NCBI GenBank assembly: GCA_963977015.1
Contig: CAXBMO010000021.1
Coordinates: 1 to 64,000, forward strand
DNA: 64,000 bases
Direction: 5' to 3'
Source: an uncultured bacterium
GTDB lineage: Bacteria; Verrucomicrobiota; Verrucomicrobiia; Verrucomicrobiales; DEV007
The position numbers were made by a program, and so were the translations under genes. Under the pieces are notes generated by a model. It was not told where the DNA came from, searched no databases, and saw only the letters and a program-made list of their open reading frames with translations. Positions 19,057-30,612 of this stretch are shown one piece after another. Numbering within the stretch: position 1 is the stretch's first letter; each line of letters opens with the position of its first letter.

Positions 19057-19222
19057 GGATAGAGAGCATGCGAGATCGGAACCCTTCCCGTCAATCTGGA
19101 ATCCCATTCAGCGCATCTTACGCCACAGCGCGCCATGAACGGCTCTTCTCCCAATTTCGCTGGCTTACACTTGAAAACAGCCGGGGGCACTCCAACCTTC
19201 CGAAATTCAAAACCCCTCGAGA

Positions 19223-20716
19223 ATGCGTCCCTTCCATTGTTTCCTCCTTTTCGCCCTCCTCCTTGGCAATTGGCCCCTGACGGCCACGGCTCAAGACCGA
19301 CCCAATGTCGTTTTCATCCTGACCGACGACCAGCGCGCGGATGCGCTGAGCTGCATGGGGCATCCCCACCTCAAAACGCCGAACATCGATCGACTGGCGG
19401 AAGAGGGAGTGCTCTTCAAAAACCATTTCTGCACGACCTCACTCTGTTCCCCGAGCCGGGCATCGATTCTGGGCGGGCTCTACGCTCATGCTCACGGCGT
19501 GGTCAACAACTTCACCGATTACCCTCGCGATCTCCCCACGTTTCCTCGCCAACTTCAAAGTGAGGGCTACACGACGGCCTACATCGGCAAGTGGCACATG
19601 GGAGAGGACGACGACAGCAAGCGTCCGGGGTTTGATCACTTCGTCACCCACCGCGGACAGGGCAAATACTTCGACACCGAGTTCCGCACGAACGACGGCG
19701 AGCGCGAAGTTGTGCCCGGCTACTACACCACGGTGGTAACGGACATGGCCATCGATTGGATGGAAGGGCAGGAAGAAAGCGAGAAGCCGTTTCTTCTCAT
19801 GCTCGGCCACAAGGCCCCCCACAGTTTCTATTTTCCGGAGAAAAAGTATGAGACGGCCTTTGACCACGTTCGCATCCCCTACCCGGAGACGGCATTCCAG
19901 CTGGACGACAAGCCCAAATGGATCACGCAACGCCTGGGAACCTGGCACGGGATTTACGGGCCGCTTTTCGATTGGAGAAAGGAGTTCCCCGATTCATCCG
20001 CTTCCGGGATGTTGCATTTTGAGAACATGGTCAGGGCGTATTGGGGCACCCTGCTCTCGGTCGATGACTCCGTTGGCAGGATCTATGACTACCTCTATCG
20101 CACCGGCGAATTGGACAACACCCTCTTCATCTTTACGAGCGACAACGGCCTGCTCGAAGGTGAACACGGGATGGTCGACAAGCGAACCGGGCACGATCCA
20201 TCGCTGCGCATCCCATTGGTCGTTCGCTATCCGGAACTGGTCTCCCCCAAAATGCCGAAAGTGATCGAGGAGCAAACGTTGACGCTCGATTTTGCGGCTT
20301 CCATTCTGGAGATCTGCGGTGCCGCCCCACTTCCCAAAACCCAGGGACGTTCCTGGAAGAAACTGATCAGCGAAGGTGATCCTGACTGGCGCACCAGTTG
20401 GTATTACGAGTACAACTACGAAGTTCAGTTTCCCTACACGCCAAACGTCCGCGCGCTGCGAACCGACGAATGGAAATACATCCGCTATCCTCACGGTGAC
20501 GGATCACCCGACAAGCACATGGCCGAACTCTACAATCTGAAGAAGGATCCCGATGAAACGAAGAACCTGATCAACGAAGACCGTTATCAGAGCCTGGTCG
20601 TGGAATTGCGGGAAGAACTGGATACCCGAATCAAGGAGGCCAATCCAGACGCGGAAGACGTGATGCCGCTCGACGAGGGCATCAAAGGCGAGCTTCCTGA
20701 CGAGAAGATTCGTTAG
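19223..20716 (+). CDS. Sulfatase (formylglycine-dependent, S1)
   Basis: [32 protein letters not shown]; signal peptide. Confidence 0.95.
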   Translation: MRPFHCFLLFALLLGNWPLTATAQDRPNVVFILTDDQRADALSCMGHPHLKTPNIDRLAEEGVLFKNHFCTTSLCSPSRASILGGLYAHAHGVVNNFTDYPRDLPTFPRQLQSEGYTTAYIGKWHMGEDDDSKRPGFDHFVTHRGQGKYFDTEFRTNDGEREVVPGYYTTVVTDMAIDWMEGQEESEKPFLLMLGHKAPHSFYFPEKKYETAFDHVRIPYPETAFQLDDKPKWITQRLGTWHGIYGPLFDWRKEFPDSSASGMLHFENMVRAYWGTLLSVDDSVGRIYDYLYRTGELDNTLFIFTSDNGLLEGEHGMVDKRTGHDPSLRIPLVVRYPELVSPKMPKVIEEQTLTLDFAASILEICGAAPLPKTQGRSWKKLISEGDPDWRTSWYYEYNYEVQFPYTPNVRALRTDEWKYIRYPHGDGSPDKHMAELYNLKKDPDETKNLINEDRYQSLVVELREELDTRIKEANPDAEDVMPLDEGIKGELPDEKIR

Positions 20717-20733
20717 GCACGGTCCGTTGAATC

Positions 20734-21840
20734 CTAATCGACGATAAAGAGCGGCTCATCCAAGACTTCCATTCGCGGCTCGATTCCCAATCCGGGTTGG
20801 GTTGACGCCTTCATCACTCCATTCTCGCGTTGCGGCGCTCCCGTCGCATTGCTCACGGTGACGTAGCTGTTGAAATCGGTCGAGGTGAACCGCATCTCCT
20901 CCGGCGTGCTGTGGGCGAGATGAGCAATGGCTGCCGTGATGATGTCACCACCCCAACTGTCCTCAATCGTCATCGCGATCCCGAGATCCGCACAAAGATC
21001 CCGAGCCTGCCGAGCCTTCGTCAGCCCCCCGAACTTGCTGATCTTGATGTTCACCACATCCATGGCCTGCTCCGCATGTCCACGAAGAAGCGGATCGAGC
21101 CCGTCGATATTCTCGTCGAGAACAAAGGGACCGTCCCAGCGATCGCGAACGGCACGACACTCCTCATAGCTCGCGCACGGCTGCTCGATATAGACATCGA
21201 CGTCCCTGACCCCACGACAAACCCGAAGCGCCTCGTGCTTGAGCCAACCGGTGTTCGCATCGGCAACGAGGATGTCGCCCTGCTCCAGTTCGGCGGCGAC
21301 GGCATGGATGCGATTGACATCCAGATCGACGTCATGACAGCCGACTTTGAGTTGAAAACGCCGATACCCCTCGGCCCGGTAACCAGCAACCTTTGCTGCC
21401 ATCGCTTCCGGAGATTCCTGGGAAATGGCACGATAGAGCTGAACGGATTCGCCATAACGCCCTCCGAGCAATTCGCACACCGGCATCTTTGTCGCCTTCC
21501 CCAAAATATCCCAGCAGGCCATATCAATCGCTGATTTGACGTAGGCGTGCCCCTTGAGCGCGACGTCCATCCGGCGATTGAGTCGCGTCAGTTCAAGCGG
21601 AGACGCTCCCAGCAAATGCGGTCCCAGTTCATAGATTCCTGCGCGAGCTCCCTGACCAAAAGCGGGAAGGTAAAAGGGGCCCAACGGACACACCTCGCCC
21701 CAACCGGAGATCCCGGCATCGGTATCCACTCGAACAATGGTGCTGTCGAAAACGGAGACGCTTTTTCCTCCGGACCAATGATAGGAACCTTCGACCAGTG
21801 GAAGATCGACCTGGTAGACGGTGAGTTTGCTAATTTTCAT
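20734..21840 (-). CDS. Enolase-superfamily (MR/MLE) enzyme, cis-3-hydroxy-L-proline dehydratase / hydroxyproline-betaine epimerase-like
   Basis: [47 protein letters not shown]. Confidence 0.8.
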   Translation of the reverse strand: MKISKLTVYQVDLPLVEGSYHWSGGKSVSVFDSTIVRVDTDAGISGWGEVCPLGPFYLPAFGQGARAGIYELGPHLLGASPLELTRLNRRMDVALKGHAYVKSAIDMACWDILGKATKMPVCELLGGRYGESVQLYRAISQESPEAMAAKVAGYRAEGYRRFQLKVGCHDVDLDVNRIHAVAAELEQGDILVADANTGWLKHEALRVCRGVRDVDVYIEQPCASYEECRAVRDRWDGPFVLDENIDGLDPLLRGHAEQAMDVVNIKISKFGGLTKARQARDLCADLGIAMTIEDSWGGDIITAAIAHLAHSTPEEMRFTSTDFNSYVTVSNATGAPQRENGVMKASTQPGLGIEPRMEVLDEPLFIVD

Positions 21841-21871
21841 GAGAATAGATAATTGGTGAATGATGGCCTGG

Positions 21872-22615
21872 TCAGGGAGCCGGGGCGCCCCAAAGTTTCC
21901 GGACCAAATCATGTATGGCCGGGTCGTGTTGTTTCAGTTCCTTGCGGTTGAAAGGAAAGAAGTCATTCTTTCCGAAGTAAGCCTCGGTTGATTCCGCAAA
22001 GTATTCCATCGGATTCGACATCGCGTAGGCTTTGTCCTTGATCGTGCGATTTCCGTCGAAACGGGGAACCTCGTCATAGGTGCCGGAATCGCGGGCCCGC
22101 TCGTAGGCGGCGCGAATCTCCGCATTGCCGTATCCTCCCTCCAAAATGCGATCGTGGTAGCCATGGGCGAGTTCGTGCAGCAGCAAATAGGGCATGCGAC
22201 GATCCTCGAAAGGGAAATTCTTCACATTCGTGATTTCGATGGCCCGCCCCATGGCCGGGTTGCGTCCGTTCTTCTTGAGCCAGCCGACCTGGGGATGATA
22301 CTCGGCGATTCCACGACGGCCCTCATAAGGTGGATTGATCCAGATGGGAATCTGGCGGAGTTGGCGCAAGGCAGGCTCTGGCACAGCATCCACGACACGC
22401 TGAAGCTGGACGTTGAGCAGCTCCAGCATCCGGTTCGTCGGCTCGGGAGATTCTGCGACGAGCCGATCGTGGAGATGAATCGTCCAGCCATGGACTTCGA
22501 TGGTCGCATGGCCCGGTTCATCGTCTACCGGGCTGATCGGGGAGTCCGCTCGTTCGGCCGCTCCCGCGAACGTGAGCCGTGAAAGGAGGAACAACAGAAA
22601 ACACAGTTTCGTCAT
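21872..22615 (-). CDS. Secreted zinc metallopeptidase (zincin, HExxH)
   Basis: [33 protein letters not shown]; signal peptide. Confidence 0.85.
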   Translation of the reverse strand: MTKLCFLLFLLSRLTFAGAAERADSPISPVDDEPGHATIEVHGWTIHLHDRLVAESPEPTNRMLELLNVQLQRVVDAVPEPALRQLRQIPIWINPPYEGRRGIAEYHPQVGWLKKNGRNPAMGRAIEITNVKNFPFEDRRMPYLLLHELAHGYHDRILEGGYGNAEIRAAYERARDSGTYDEVPRFDGNRTIKDKAYAMSNPMEYFAESTEAYFGKNDFFPFNRKELKQHDPAIHDLVRKLWGAPAP

Positions 22616-22695
22616 GAACCGGGTTCCATGAATCGTGGAGCTTCCGGTGCGGATTGTGGAGCGGGAAAATGGTGACATCACAGGGAATCAGGTCT

Positions 22696-23652
22696 TTAGC
22701 TTGGTTTTTTTGCACCCTCCCACTGCTCCCACCAGGTGCGAAACTGTTTCCACTGGGCATGGAGAAACCTTTTCTGGCTGTCGCTGAGTTGGTCGGAGGG
22801 ATGGAGGTGGTGCGAGTATTCGGGGTGTCCTTCCAGAACCATGAGTTCCTTGTAGTAGAGAACGAGGTCCGGACCTTCGTCGAAGGAGGAGAGAACGTGA
22901 AGGGCGTTGTCGAGTTCCTGCGCCAGGCGATTGGCGGTGGGGTCGCCACCAGCCGCCGCGGTGGAAAGCTCAACCAGTCGGAGCACTTCGCGAGGCAAGG
23001 CGTTTCCAACTCCGGTTATCGCTCCAACCGCACCGCAGTGGACGAAGCCATGAACGACCTGCGTATCGACTCCAACCATGAGCGTGAGGCCAGGATCGCC
23101 GCTCGTGATATGCTCGGCGGCATAGCTGAGCGAATCGGCTCCCCCAAATTCCTTAAAGCCGACCAGATTCGAATGCTCTCTCCGGAGATCAAAGAAGAGA
23201 TCGGCTTTGGTTTCGAACCCGTAGTAGGGACTATTGTAGATCACCGCAGGGAGATCCCCTCCAGCGTTGAGAATGTCGGCGAAGTGAGCGCGCTGGGCGG
23301 AGGGAGCAGAGCCGCGGGAGAGAACCCGGGGAATGACCATCAACCCCGCCGCCCCAACCTCACGGGCATGGGCGGCATGGGCAGCGGCGATCCCGGGATT
23401 CTGGGCTCCGGTGCCGACGACGACCGGAATTCCCGCATCGACCAACGCGGTGACACCTTCCTGGCGTTGTGCATCCGTCAGGAGCGGCCAGTCGCCCATC
23501 GATCCACAATAAACGACACCGCGCATTCCGGCCTCGATCAGTCCGGATGCGGTTCGCACGAGAGCCGGGAAGTCGGGAGTGCCGCTCTCATCACACGGCG
23601 TCATGAGGGCCGGGATGCAGCCTTGGAAAATATTCGATTCAGAAGCAGGCAT
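22696..23652 (-). CDS. DapA-family lyase, probably 1-pyrroline-4-hydroxy-2-carboxylate deaminase
   Basis: IFQGCIPALMTPC, VVYCGSMGDWPLL, IYNSPYYG, GFKEFGG, LVLYYK typical of the hydroxyproline-pathway DapA-like subfamily. Confidence 0.8.
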   Translation of the reverse strand: MPASESNIFQGCIPALMTPCDESGTPDFPALVRTASGLIEAGMRGVVYCGSMGDWPLLTDAQRQEGVTALVDAGIPVVVGTGAQNPGIAAAHAAHAREVGAAGLMVIPRVLSRGSAPSAQRAHFADILNAGGDLPAVIYNSPYYGFETKADLFFDLRREHSNLVGFKEFGGADSLSYAAEHITSGDPGLTLMVGVDTQVVHGFVHCGAVGAITGVGNALPREVLRLVELSTAAAGGDPTANRLAQELDNALHVLSSFDEGPDLVLYYKELMVLEGHPEYSHHLHPSDQLSDSQKRFLHAQWKQFRTWWEQWEGAKKPS

Positions 23653-23773
23653 ATTCGGTTTCGGTCAGGGTTGGTTTGCGCTTGCGCCCCCAGTGTTTCA
23701 TACGCGGGGAGGGTTTGCGACTCCCAAACGGTTGATCGGGAAAGGAATCTCGCCGAACGAAGCATTTACACTG

Positions 23774-26302
23774 ATGAAACCCCGTCTTCTTGCTCTCGCC
23801 ATCCTCACCCTCGCATTTCCATGTTCCGCCAAAGCTGACAAGATCGTCATCGCCGAAGGTGGAACCGCCAAACTGACCATCGTCGTGAGCCCGAAGGCGA
23901 GCGAAGCAGTTCGCGCGACGGCCAGTGACCTTGCGCGGTATCTTGAACGCATTTCCGGCGCGACGTTCGAGATCACTGAAGCCTCTGGAGAGAACGGCCT
24001 CGTCCTCGGATTGCCCGATCAGTTTCCCAACCTGCCGTTCCCATCCGAATTCGGCAAGGGAACGTTCGAACGCGATCACTACCGAATGACTTCAACCCGG
24101 GACGGGCTCTACCTGCTCGGGGCAACACCGGATGCTGTTGCTTTCGCGGCTTGAGACCTGCTTCACGAATTCGGCTACCGTTTCTACTTTCCTTCGAAGA
24201 CGTGGGAAGTGGTGCCGGAACGTCAGCGATTGCAGATCGACATCGACCGTGCTGAAACACCGGATTTTTACAACCGAAGCGCCCCAAGAGGCGGGTTGCG
24301 ACGCACGCAGCGACCGTGGTCGATCGAGGATTGGAAACAGTGGCAGGTTCGCAATCGCATCAAATCCAGTTTCGCGCTCAGCACCGGGCACGCCTACGAC
24401 GGCATCCTTAGCCGAAACCGGGCGGAGTTCGATCGTCATCCGGAATTTCTCGCGCTGCGGAACGGCGAACGCGGTGGGAACAAATTTTGCATCTCGAATC
24501 CAGGTTTGCGCGACTTGGTGGTGCGTGATGCGGTGAAGCAGGTCGAAAGCAACACGGATCGCGACTCGATATCGCTCGATCCAAGCGACGGTGGAAATTG
24601 GTGTGAGTGTCAGGATTGCCGGGAGATGGGCAGTGTTAGTGACCGCGTGGTCATTCTCTGCAACGAAGCCGCGAAAGCGATCAACGGGCTCGGCCATGGG
24701 GAAAAGTTCGTCGGGACCTATGCCTACAACTATCACTCTCCGCCCCCGAGCGTCGAGGCGCATCCCAACGTCGTCGTCAGCCTCGCCACCGCGTTCATCA
24801 AAGGCGAGCAGTCGTTCGATGAAATTCTGGCAGGATGGTCGGCGAAAGCCAAGTTGATCGGAATTCGCGACTACTACGGGCTGCCGGTCTGGCATCAGTC
24901 GATGCCCGGAACGGGAAAGGCCGGGCGGCCCATTCCGCTAGCGCAGACGATCCGCGATCAACACGCAGCGGGCGCGCGATTCATCAACGCGGAATCGGAC
25001 GAAGCGTGGGGACCCAACGGGTTGGGCTACTACATCGCCAGCCGCCTGCTCTGGGATATCGACACGTCAGTCGATGCCGCGATCGACGATTTCCTGACCA
25101 CTTGCTTCGGGAAGGCAAAGGAGCCGATGCGCGAGTTCTACGATTTCATCGGCTCCGGTCCGCGCCCCAGCGATCACATGGTCGGGACGATGTATCGACA
25201 ATTGCAGGCGGCACGGCAACTGAGCGAGGATCCCAACATTCTCGCCAGGATCGACTCTCTCGTCCTCTACACACGGTATGTCGAGCTTTGGCGGCAGGCT
25301 GGCGACCAGCCGGGTTTCGATCGCGTGGCCAATTTTCTGTGGCGTTCCCGCGAGAGCATCATGTGCGATTCGATCGGCATGTTTTGGTATCTCAACCGCA
25401 GCGCGCGATCGAATGCGAATCGGACGTGGATTCCGGGGAAACCGCAGTCGATGAGCTTGCCGCCGGAGCGTCTGCGCGAGCGTGGTGACGAGCCGTTTTC
25501 GGAAGCGGAAATCCTGACATTCATCGAAAACGGCATCCGAAATCACGACGTGCTGGCCTTCACTCCCCTGGATTTCAGTGACGATCTCGTTCCTGCGAAA
25601 GAGGCGTTGGCGTTGCCGGATCTCAAGCCGCTTGGGAAGGCATTTTTCGGCGGGGTAGAGGGCGAAACGACAACCCGTGGCGAGCTTCACAACTACACCT
25701 GGATCGACGACGCACCGCGCGAAATTCGGCTCGTTGTGAAGACCGGAGTCATTTACGACGTGCGCGGTCCAGCGACGGTGAAGCTCGCGCATCGCGGCCC
25801 CGTCGGCGTGGAAAAGATCGATTTCTACGAAGTGGCCACGGCTGAAGTTCCGGAAGACAAAGAGTGGCACGAAGTCCGATTCACCGCTGAGAAGAAGGGC
25901 CTCTACCGCGTTACCTGGGCTGAACGAATGTCCGGGACACGCGTGAAGTGGCCTGAGGACTTGCCGCGTACCGTGCTTTCGAGCGAAGGTGCCGAAAAAC
26001 AAGTCAGCGGACGGCACAGTTGGTATTTTTACGTTCCGAAAGGCACGCGTGTTGTCGGCGCCTACTCGCAGGCCGGCGCAGGTGGGCTATTCGATGCGGA
26101 CGGCCAGCAATTGTTGGATTTTGGCGAGCAGCCGAAGGACTACGTTTCGATCGCTGTTGCCAACGGTCAGGACGGTCGCCTCTGGAGCATTCGCGCGTTG
26201 GGCGGACGATTTCGCCTGATGAATGTTCCGCCTTACGTCGCCGGAAGTGCCGCTGGTTTGTTGCTGCCAAAGGAGGTCGTGGAGCGGGATGGCCGGGAGT
26301 GA
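23774..26302 (+). pseudogene. DUF4838-like secreted (putative glycoside hydrolase) protein interrupted by one in-frame TGA at 24152-24154
   Basis: ORFs 23579..24154 and 24209..26302 share a frame; junction reads AVAFAA*DLLHEFGYRFYFP; signal peptide from ATG 23774; H.EF.AL..G.R, FCISNP, SDG..WCEC..C motifs. Confidence 0.8.
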
Positions 26303-26385
26303 GCCACGCTCCTGCGGCGGGGTCGTCAATCAGGGGGCCGAAAAGAATCCGTCTGGAGGCGAGGGAATTTCAGGTCGAGAAAAGA

Positions 26386-28188
26386 TCAGGGTGAATCGGT
26401 AGTGATTTCGACAACCCCATAGACAACAATTCTGGGAATGGTGAAAGCGACCCGGCCGGAATTGGAATGGAAGTTCAATTCCAGGGATTGCCCGCTTTCG
26501 GGGGTGTGCAGTTTGAGCGCGCTGACCGATCGACCATCCGGAATTTGTAAATCAACGGCGATGGATTCCACGGGAATCGGACGTTCATTCGAGGGGCTGC
26601 TGCTTCGCTCTTCCTTGGTTTCTCCTTCGTCGCGATCGTAGTTGACCAGGTGGAGCAGAATCCGCTTCCGTTGCGACCAGGCGGTGGCGCGGACGGTCCA
26701 AGGGGCGTCGATCGTGGTGGCTTTTGCTTGGCTGGGTTGAAATTCGACGAGGGCCTTGGATTGAGCCTCCGAGAGCTTCGCTCCCTGGGGAAGAACGACC
26801 TTGGAAAAGCGGCGGAGGCGCTCAGCCGTGACATTTTCATCAGCCACGACTTCGAAGAGAACCTGGTCTTCGCATAGTTGCCGGCCGGTCTCGCGAAAGC
26901 GATCGAAGGGCTCGATGTTTCCTTCCCAGGCAGACTGACGAGGTAAGATCAGCGCCACTTCGGCGAAAGGCACGGCGCCTTCGAAGAGATCGCGATGATC
27001 GTGCAGGAAATTGGTGGTTCGGACGAGGATTTCAAACCCGGCGGGATCCTCAAATCGCATGTAGCGCCCCATGCCCATGGCGCCGGTGGCATAACCTTCG
27101 GCCATGCTCACGGCCAGCCGGATGCGCTCGTATTTCCCCATGACGAACGGCTTGCCGCCCCCGAGTTCCCGAATCACCAAATGACTCAGCCACGCGTCGC
27201 CCGCCTTGTGCTCGGCGAGGTTGTGGTTCTTTCCGACGAAGGCCGCGCCTCCGGATTCCCAGAAATAGTTTTCGCCGTTGCCCCACAGGTCGATGGGGAG
27301 GAACATCCGTTCGTTGCCGACACTAACGTTGCTCATGTGATTCCATTGCGCCAAGAGGAGGTCCGGCTTCAGGCTGCGGCCGTAGTCGATGAAGATGTTG
27401 TCCCAATTGCGCTTGAAACTCTCGGCGCCCCAACGTGCGCCCAGCCAGTGAAGCTCGGTGGCTTCTTCTGGATCGGGGTAACCGGAAATCTTCACCGGGA
27501 TGGAATCAAACTCGACGGATTCGAGATTCCGCTCGTCGAGCCACTTGCGAAAATCGGCCCTACAATAGGGGCAGGAACAGCCGAGGTTATAATTGTAGGT
27601 AGTGATGACGCCATCCACGCCGTGATCGATGGCGGCCTTGAGCATCTGCTTGAACATCTGGCGCGCGTGCGGGCTGGAAAGGCAGAAAGCAAGCTGCGCC
27701 TTCTCGTAGCGACTGGTTTGGAGAGGTTTGCCAGTGGCGTCGCGCTGGACGAGTTCGAGCAGGTCTTCGTGCGGCTTGGGACCAAGCAGGTCCTCGGGCC
27801 AGCGATTGTTGTAGTAGTCGATGAAGCCGCTCTGCTGTTCCCAGTCGCCGAAGGCTTTGACCAGGCGGAAATGGCCAACCGCTTTGAGGCCGAGATCGTG
27901 GATTTCCCCGTTCAGATCGCCTTGAAATTCGAGAACCTTTCGCTCGCCGGAAAACGGAAGCTGCATCGTCGAGCCCTTCGCACTCTCGCGGCTGGCGAAT
28001 TCGTGGAACATGGCGCCATACTGGCCAATCTGGACAATTTCCGGGTGGGCGGCCTCAAGATAGGGGATGAGATTTTCGTCCGTCATCGACCGCGTCACAA
28101 AGAACGTGCGATGGGGATAGTCCTCGCCCCGGGCGAAGCCAGGAAGCGCGAGAACCAGCAAAAGAAACAGAGCGTAGGATTTGAGCAT
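26386..28188 (-). CDS. Secreted hypothetical protein, glycoside-hydrolase-like barrel with CxCxxC motif
   Basis: Signal peptide MLKSYALFLLLVLALPGFARG; FCLSSP, GVDGV, GCSCPYC...F..WL; C-terminal LHLVNY beta domain; upstream ORF extension lies in mobile DNA. Confidence 0.7.
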   Translation of the reverse strand: MLKSYALFLLLVLALPGFARGEDYPHRTFFVTRSMTDENLIPYLEAAHPEIVQIGQYGAMFHEFASRESAKGSTMQLPFSGERKVLEFQGDLNGEIHDLGLKAVGHFRLVKAFGDWEQQSGFIDYYNNRWPEDLLGPKPHEDLLELVQRDATGKPLQTSRYEKAQLAFCLSSPHARQMFKQMLKAAIDHGVDGVITTYNYNLGCSCPYCRADFRKWLDERNLESVEFDSIPVKISGYPDPEEATELHWLGARWGAESFKRNWDNIFIDYGRSLKPDLLLAQWNHMSNVSVGNERMFLPIDLWGNGENYFWESGGAAFVGKNHNLAEHKAGDAWLSHLVIRELGGGKPFVMGKYERIRLAVSMAEGYATGAMGMGRYMRFEDPAGFEILVRTTNFLHDHRDLFEGAVPFAEVALILPRQSAWEGNIEPFDRFRETGRQLCEDQVLFEVVADENVTAERLRRFSKVVLPQGAKLSEAQSKALVEFQPSQAKATTIDAPWTVRATAWSQRKRILLHLVNYDRDEGETKEERSSSPSNERPIPVESIAVDLQIPDGRSVSALKLHTPESGQSLELNFHSNSGRVAFTIPRIVVYGVVEITTDSP

Positions 28189-28299
28189 GGTGGTTGAAAA
28201 AGGTTGTGGCCCCCTTCTTGGTGCCTGTGCACGGCACGTTCCAAGCCCCTCTTTCTTGTCGTTCTTCGCCAGGTAGCTTTTCTGGTTGGCTAGCAGAGG

Positions 28300-28453
28300 C
28301 AAAAATGGGGACGGGCTATTTCGGCGTGAGGGCCAATTCCACGGAGTCCGACCTCCGCACCGTCGAGATGGCCTACGACGATGTCTACCGCCTGATTCTG
28401 GAGACGGGGTGCGTTCGTGACGCTTAGGTAGAAATAGCCTGTCCCCATTTTTG
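28300..28453. mobile_element. 154-bp MITE-like unit with 23-bp terminal inverted repeats
   Basis: CAAAAATGGGGACGGGCTATTTC (28300-28322) and GAAATAGCCTGTCCCCATTTTTG (28431-28453), 22/23 complementary; no target duplication seen. Confidence 0.6.
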
Positions 28454-28561
28454 ATCTTGGTATTCGTGGAGGCACGTTCGCCACGATGCGTCGATGGCCG
28501 GTTCCCGGTTCTTCGTCGAGAACACGATGTGGTAATGAAGGCTGAGGTAGGTGGACGGCAT
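28424..28561 (-). pseudogene. tnpA: IS200/IS605-type Y1 transposase (TnpA/REP-associated) N-terminal remnant
   Basis: MPSTYLSLHYHIVFSTKNREP.I...WR..LHEY, then runs into the 23-bp repeat and stops before the HUH motif. Confidence 0.85.
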
Positions 28562-28585
28562 GGTTGGTTGGGATAAAATGGTGAT

Positions 28586-28935
28586 ATGGCTGGCATCCCA
28601 TCCGGGATGCATTCATGGCGGTGATCGTAACCGGTGGTGTCGCTACGCTCGACCACCGGCTAATGGCTTCCGAAGCCTCCGGCTTGGGGTTGGGATTTGG
28701 GTTCATCATTGGTAAAACCGGGCTCCGCCCTGTTCCTGAAGCGGGCGGGCGCGGTCGGACCGAGGGGAATCTCCGGGGTCCGGGACGAACGGAGCCCCAA
28801 GTTACGCGCGCCTTCGCTCGCGCGTCTCTCACCAAGCCGGAGGCTTCCCCAGCCATTAGCCGGTGGTCGAGCGCAGCGAACACCACCGGGCCCCGTCACC
28901 AACCAGAACCGCATCCCGGCAGGGATGCCAGCCAT
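28586..28935. repeat. Pair of about 100-bp inverted REP-like elements (BIME-like) next to tnpA
   Basis: 28586-28687 ATGGCTGGCATCCC...CCGGTGGTGTCGCTACGCTCGACCACCGGCTAATGGCT..GAAGCCTCCGGCTTGG mirrored by 28832-28935; each has internal hairpins. Confidence 0.85.
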
Positions 28936-29333
28936 CTGCCAATCCCCACCATCGCCGAGCGGAAGCTCGCTGCTACGGAATCGACCGCACAATCGGGACG
29001 GTTCTTGCGCGGTTGGAATGACTCCCCGTCCCTCCGACTTCGCCCGCGACTGTCTCCTCACAGAGATTTGTAGTGCCCCCTTACTTTTTGGACAGCCAAT
29101 AGTATTATTTAGGCTGCAATTTTGCATAGGTCTTGGTTTCGTTGATTGGGTGTGCGGTGGTTGAGAGCCTGGTGAGGCCGGGATTGATTGTAGTGAAAGA
29201 TCCAGGTGGGCAGCGCGAGTCGAGCCTCCTCAAACAAATGACCGATCGTCGATCCCCAACCGGTCGACCAGGAAGGCCTGCACCTTGACGAACTCGGCGA
29301 TGCAACTTGGGTGCCTCGTGGCGAGATGCTGAG

Positions 29334-30563
29334 CTAAGGCTTGGCAATGCAATAGATCGCACGCTCCGAGCGAAGGAAAAGCCGTCCATCACTCACTGCC
29401 GGGGACGCGTTCCACAGGCTGTCGTCACCCACGATCTTGTTATGCGCCAGCAGTTCAAAGTTTCGCGACGCGGCATAGATCATCGCTCCGTCCTTTCGCG
29501 TAACGACGAGAATGCGATCGCCGATCACCAGGGGTGAGGCATAGGTCCGGTCGGTAATGGGAACGCTGACTCGCTCGCGGTAGACTTCTTCTCCCGTGCT
29601 GGCATCCAGGCAGGTGAAGATGTCTCGCTCAGGAATGAAGATGAGCCCGTTCCGGATCGCCGGTGAAGGAACCGTGACGGCGCGCTTGGATGACCACAAG
29701 GTTTTCCCTTCTGCCGAAATCGCGACGGTGGGCCCACGTCCCCCCTGGATCGCATAGGCGATGCCATCAACCACCGTGGGGCTGTTGCAAACGTAGGCAT
29801 CTGGACCGCCCAGCTTCCAGCGCTCAGCACCGGTTCGGGCGTCCAGGCCAAGGAATTGATCCCGTGCATTCACCAACACGACATCGTCGGCCAAGCCTGG
29901 AGTATTGTAGCATTGGACGATTCCCTCCTTGCGCCACACTTCCTTGCCGGTGGCCTTATCGAGGGCGATGATTGCCTTGCTTTCCGAGCTGGCATTCACG
30001 ATCAGAAGATCTTCAGACAGGGCGAGTGCGCCGCCCGATCCGAATCCGCCGGTATCGGTGCCCACCCCGGTAAAATGCCACAGTAGGTTTCCGTCAAAGT
30101 CGTAGGCCAGCGCCCCTTCCTTGGCATAAAAGACATAGACGGCCTTTCCGTCCGTCACCGGCGTATGAGAGGCATAGCCGTGATGCGCAACAAAGTTGGC
30201 GTACCCGGAAACCTGATTCTCCGCCTGATGGGGTGTCTCCCAGAGGATCTTCCCATCCGCTTTGTTGAGACAAATCAGGTGCCGCTTGAGGTTGCCGCGG
30301 TCACCCGGGTTTTCCTGCGATTCCCCGTAGCCGGAGTAGCTGGTGAGAAAAATCCGGTCTCCCCAAATGATCGGGCTGGACGACCCTTTGCCGGGCAGTT
30401 CCGTTTTCCAGGCCAGGTTCTCGTTTGCGCTCCATTCATTGGGAATGGCTTCCGCATTCGCGGCAATTCCCGATCCATTGGGGCCGCGAAACTGGGGCCA
30501 ATTTTCAGCCGAAGCCGGAACGAGGGTGAGCAGCGATAACGCGAGCAAAAAGAAATTTCTCAT
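29334..30563 (-). CDS. PQQ-like beta-propeller protein (BamB-like family), secreted
   Basis: AENWPQFRGPNGSG, WKTELPG.G.SSP, TPVTDG, ASP...G.L.LR repeats; signal peptide. Confidence 0.9.
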   Translation of the reverse strand: MRNFFLLALSLLTLVPASAENWPQFRGPNGSGIAANAEAIPNEWSANENLAWKTELPGKGSSSPIIWGDRIFLTSYSGYGESQENPGDRGNLKRHLICLNKADGKILWETPHQAENQVSGYANFVAHHGYASHTPVTDGKAVYVFYAKEGALAYDFDGNLLWHFTGVGTDTGGFGSGGALALSEDLLIVNASSESKAIIALDKATGKEVWRKEGIVQCYNTPGLADDVVLVNARDQFLGLDARTGAERWKLGGPDAYVCNSPTVVDGIAYAIQGGRGPTVAISAEGKTLWSSKRAVTVPSPAIRNGLIFIPERDIFTCLDASTGEEVYRERVSVPITDRTYASPLVIGDRILVVTRKDGAMIYAASRNFELLAHNKIVGDDSLWNASPAVSDGRLFLRSERAIYCIAKP

Positions 30564-30612
30564 GGTTTCGAGTAGAATGGGCGACTGGGAATCAGAAATC
30601 AATCCATCCCCA

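Noticed and set aside
24152-24154. TGA as selenocysteine or a reassigned codon
   Set aside because: Context suggests Trp rather than Cys, no evident SECIS, and many genes here end normally at TGA
28189-28656. 156-aa N-terminal extension of the 26386 ORF (likewise 30564-30821 and 46700-46861)
   Set aside because: Runs through repeats or a neighbouring promoter; better starts lie downstream
29100-29290. Possible degraded transposase tail (LLKQMTDRRSPTGRPGRP); similar hint at 30640-30860
   Set aside because: Too short and degenerate to support without a search
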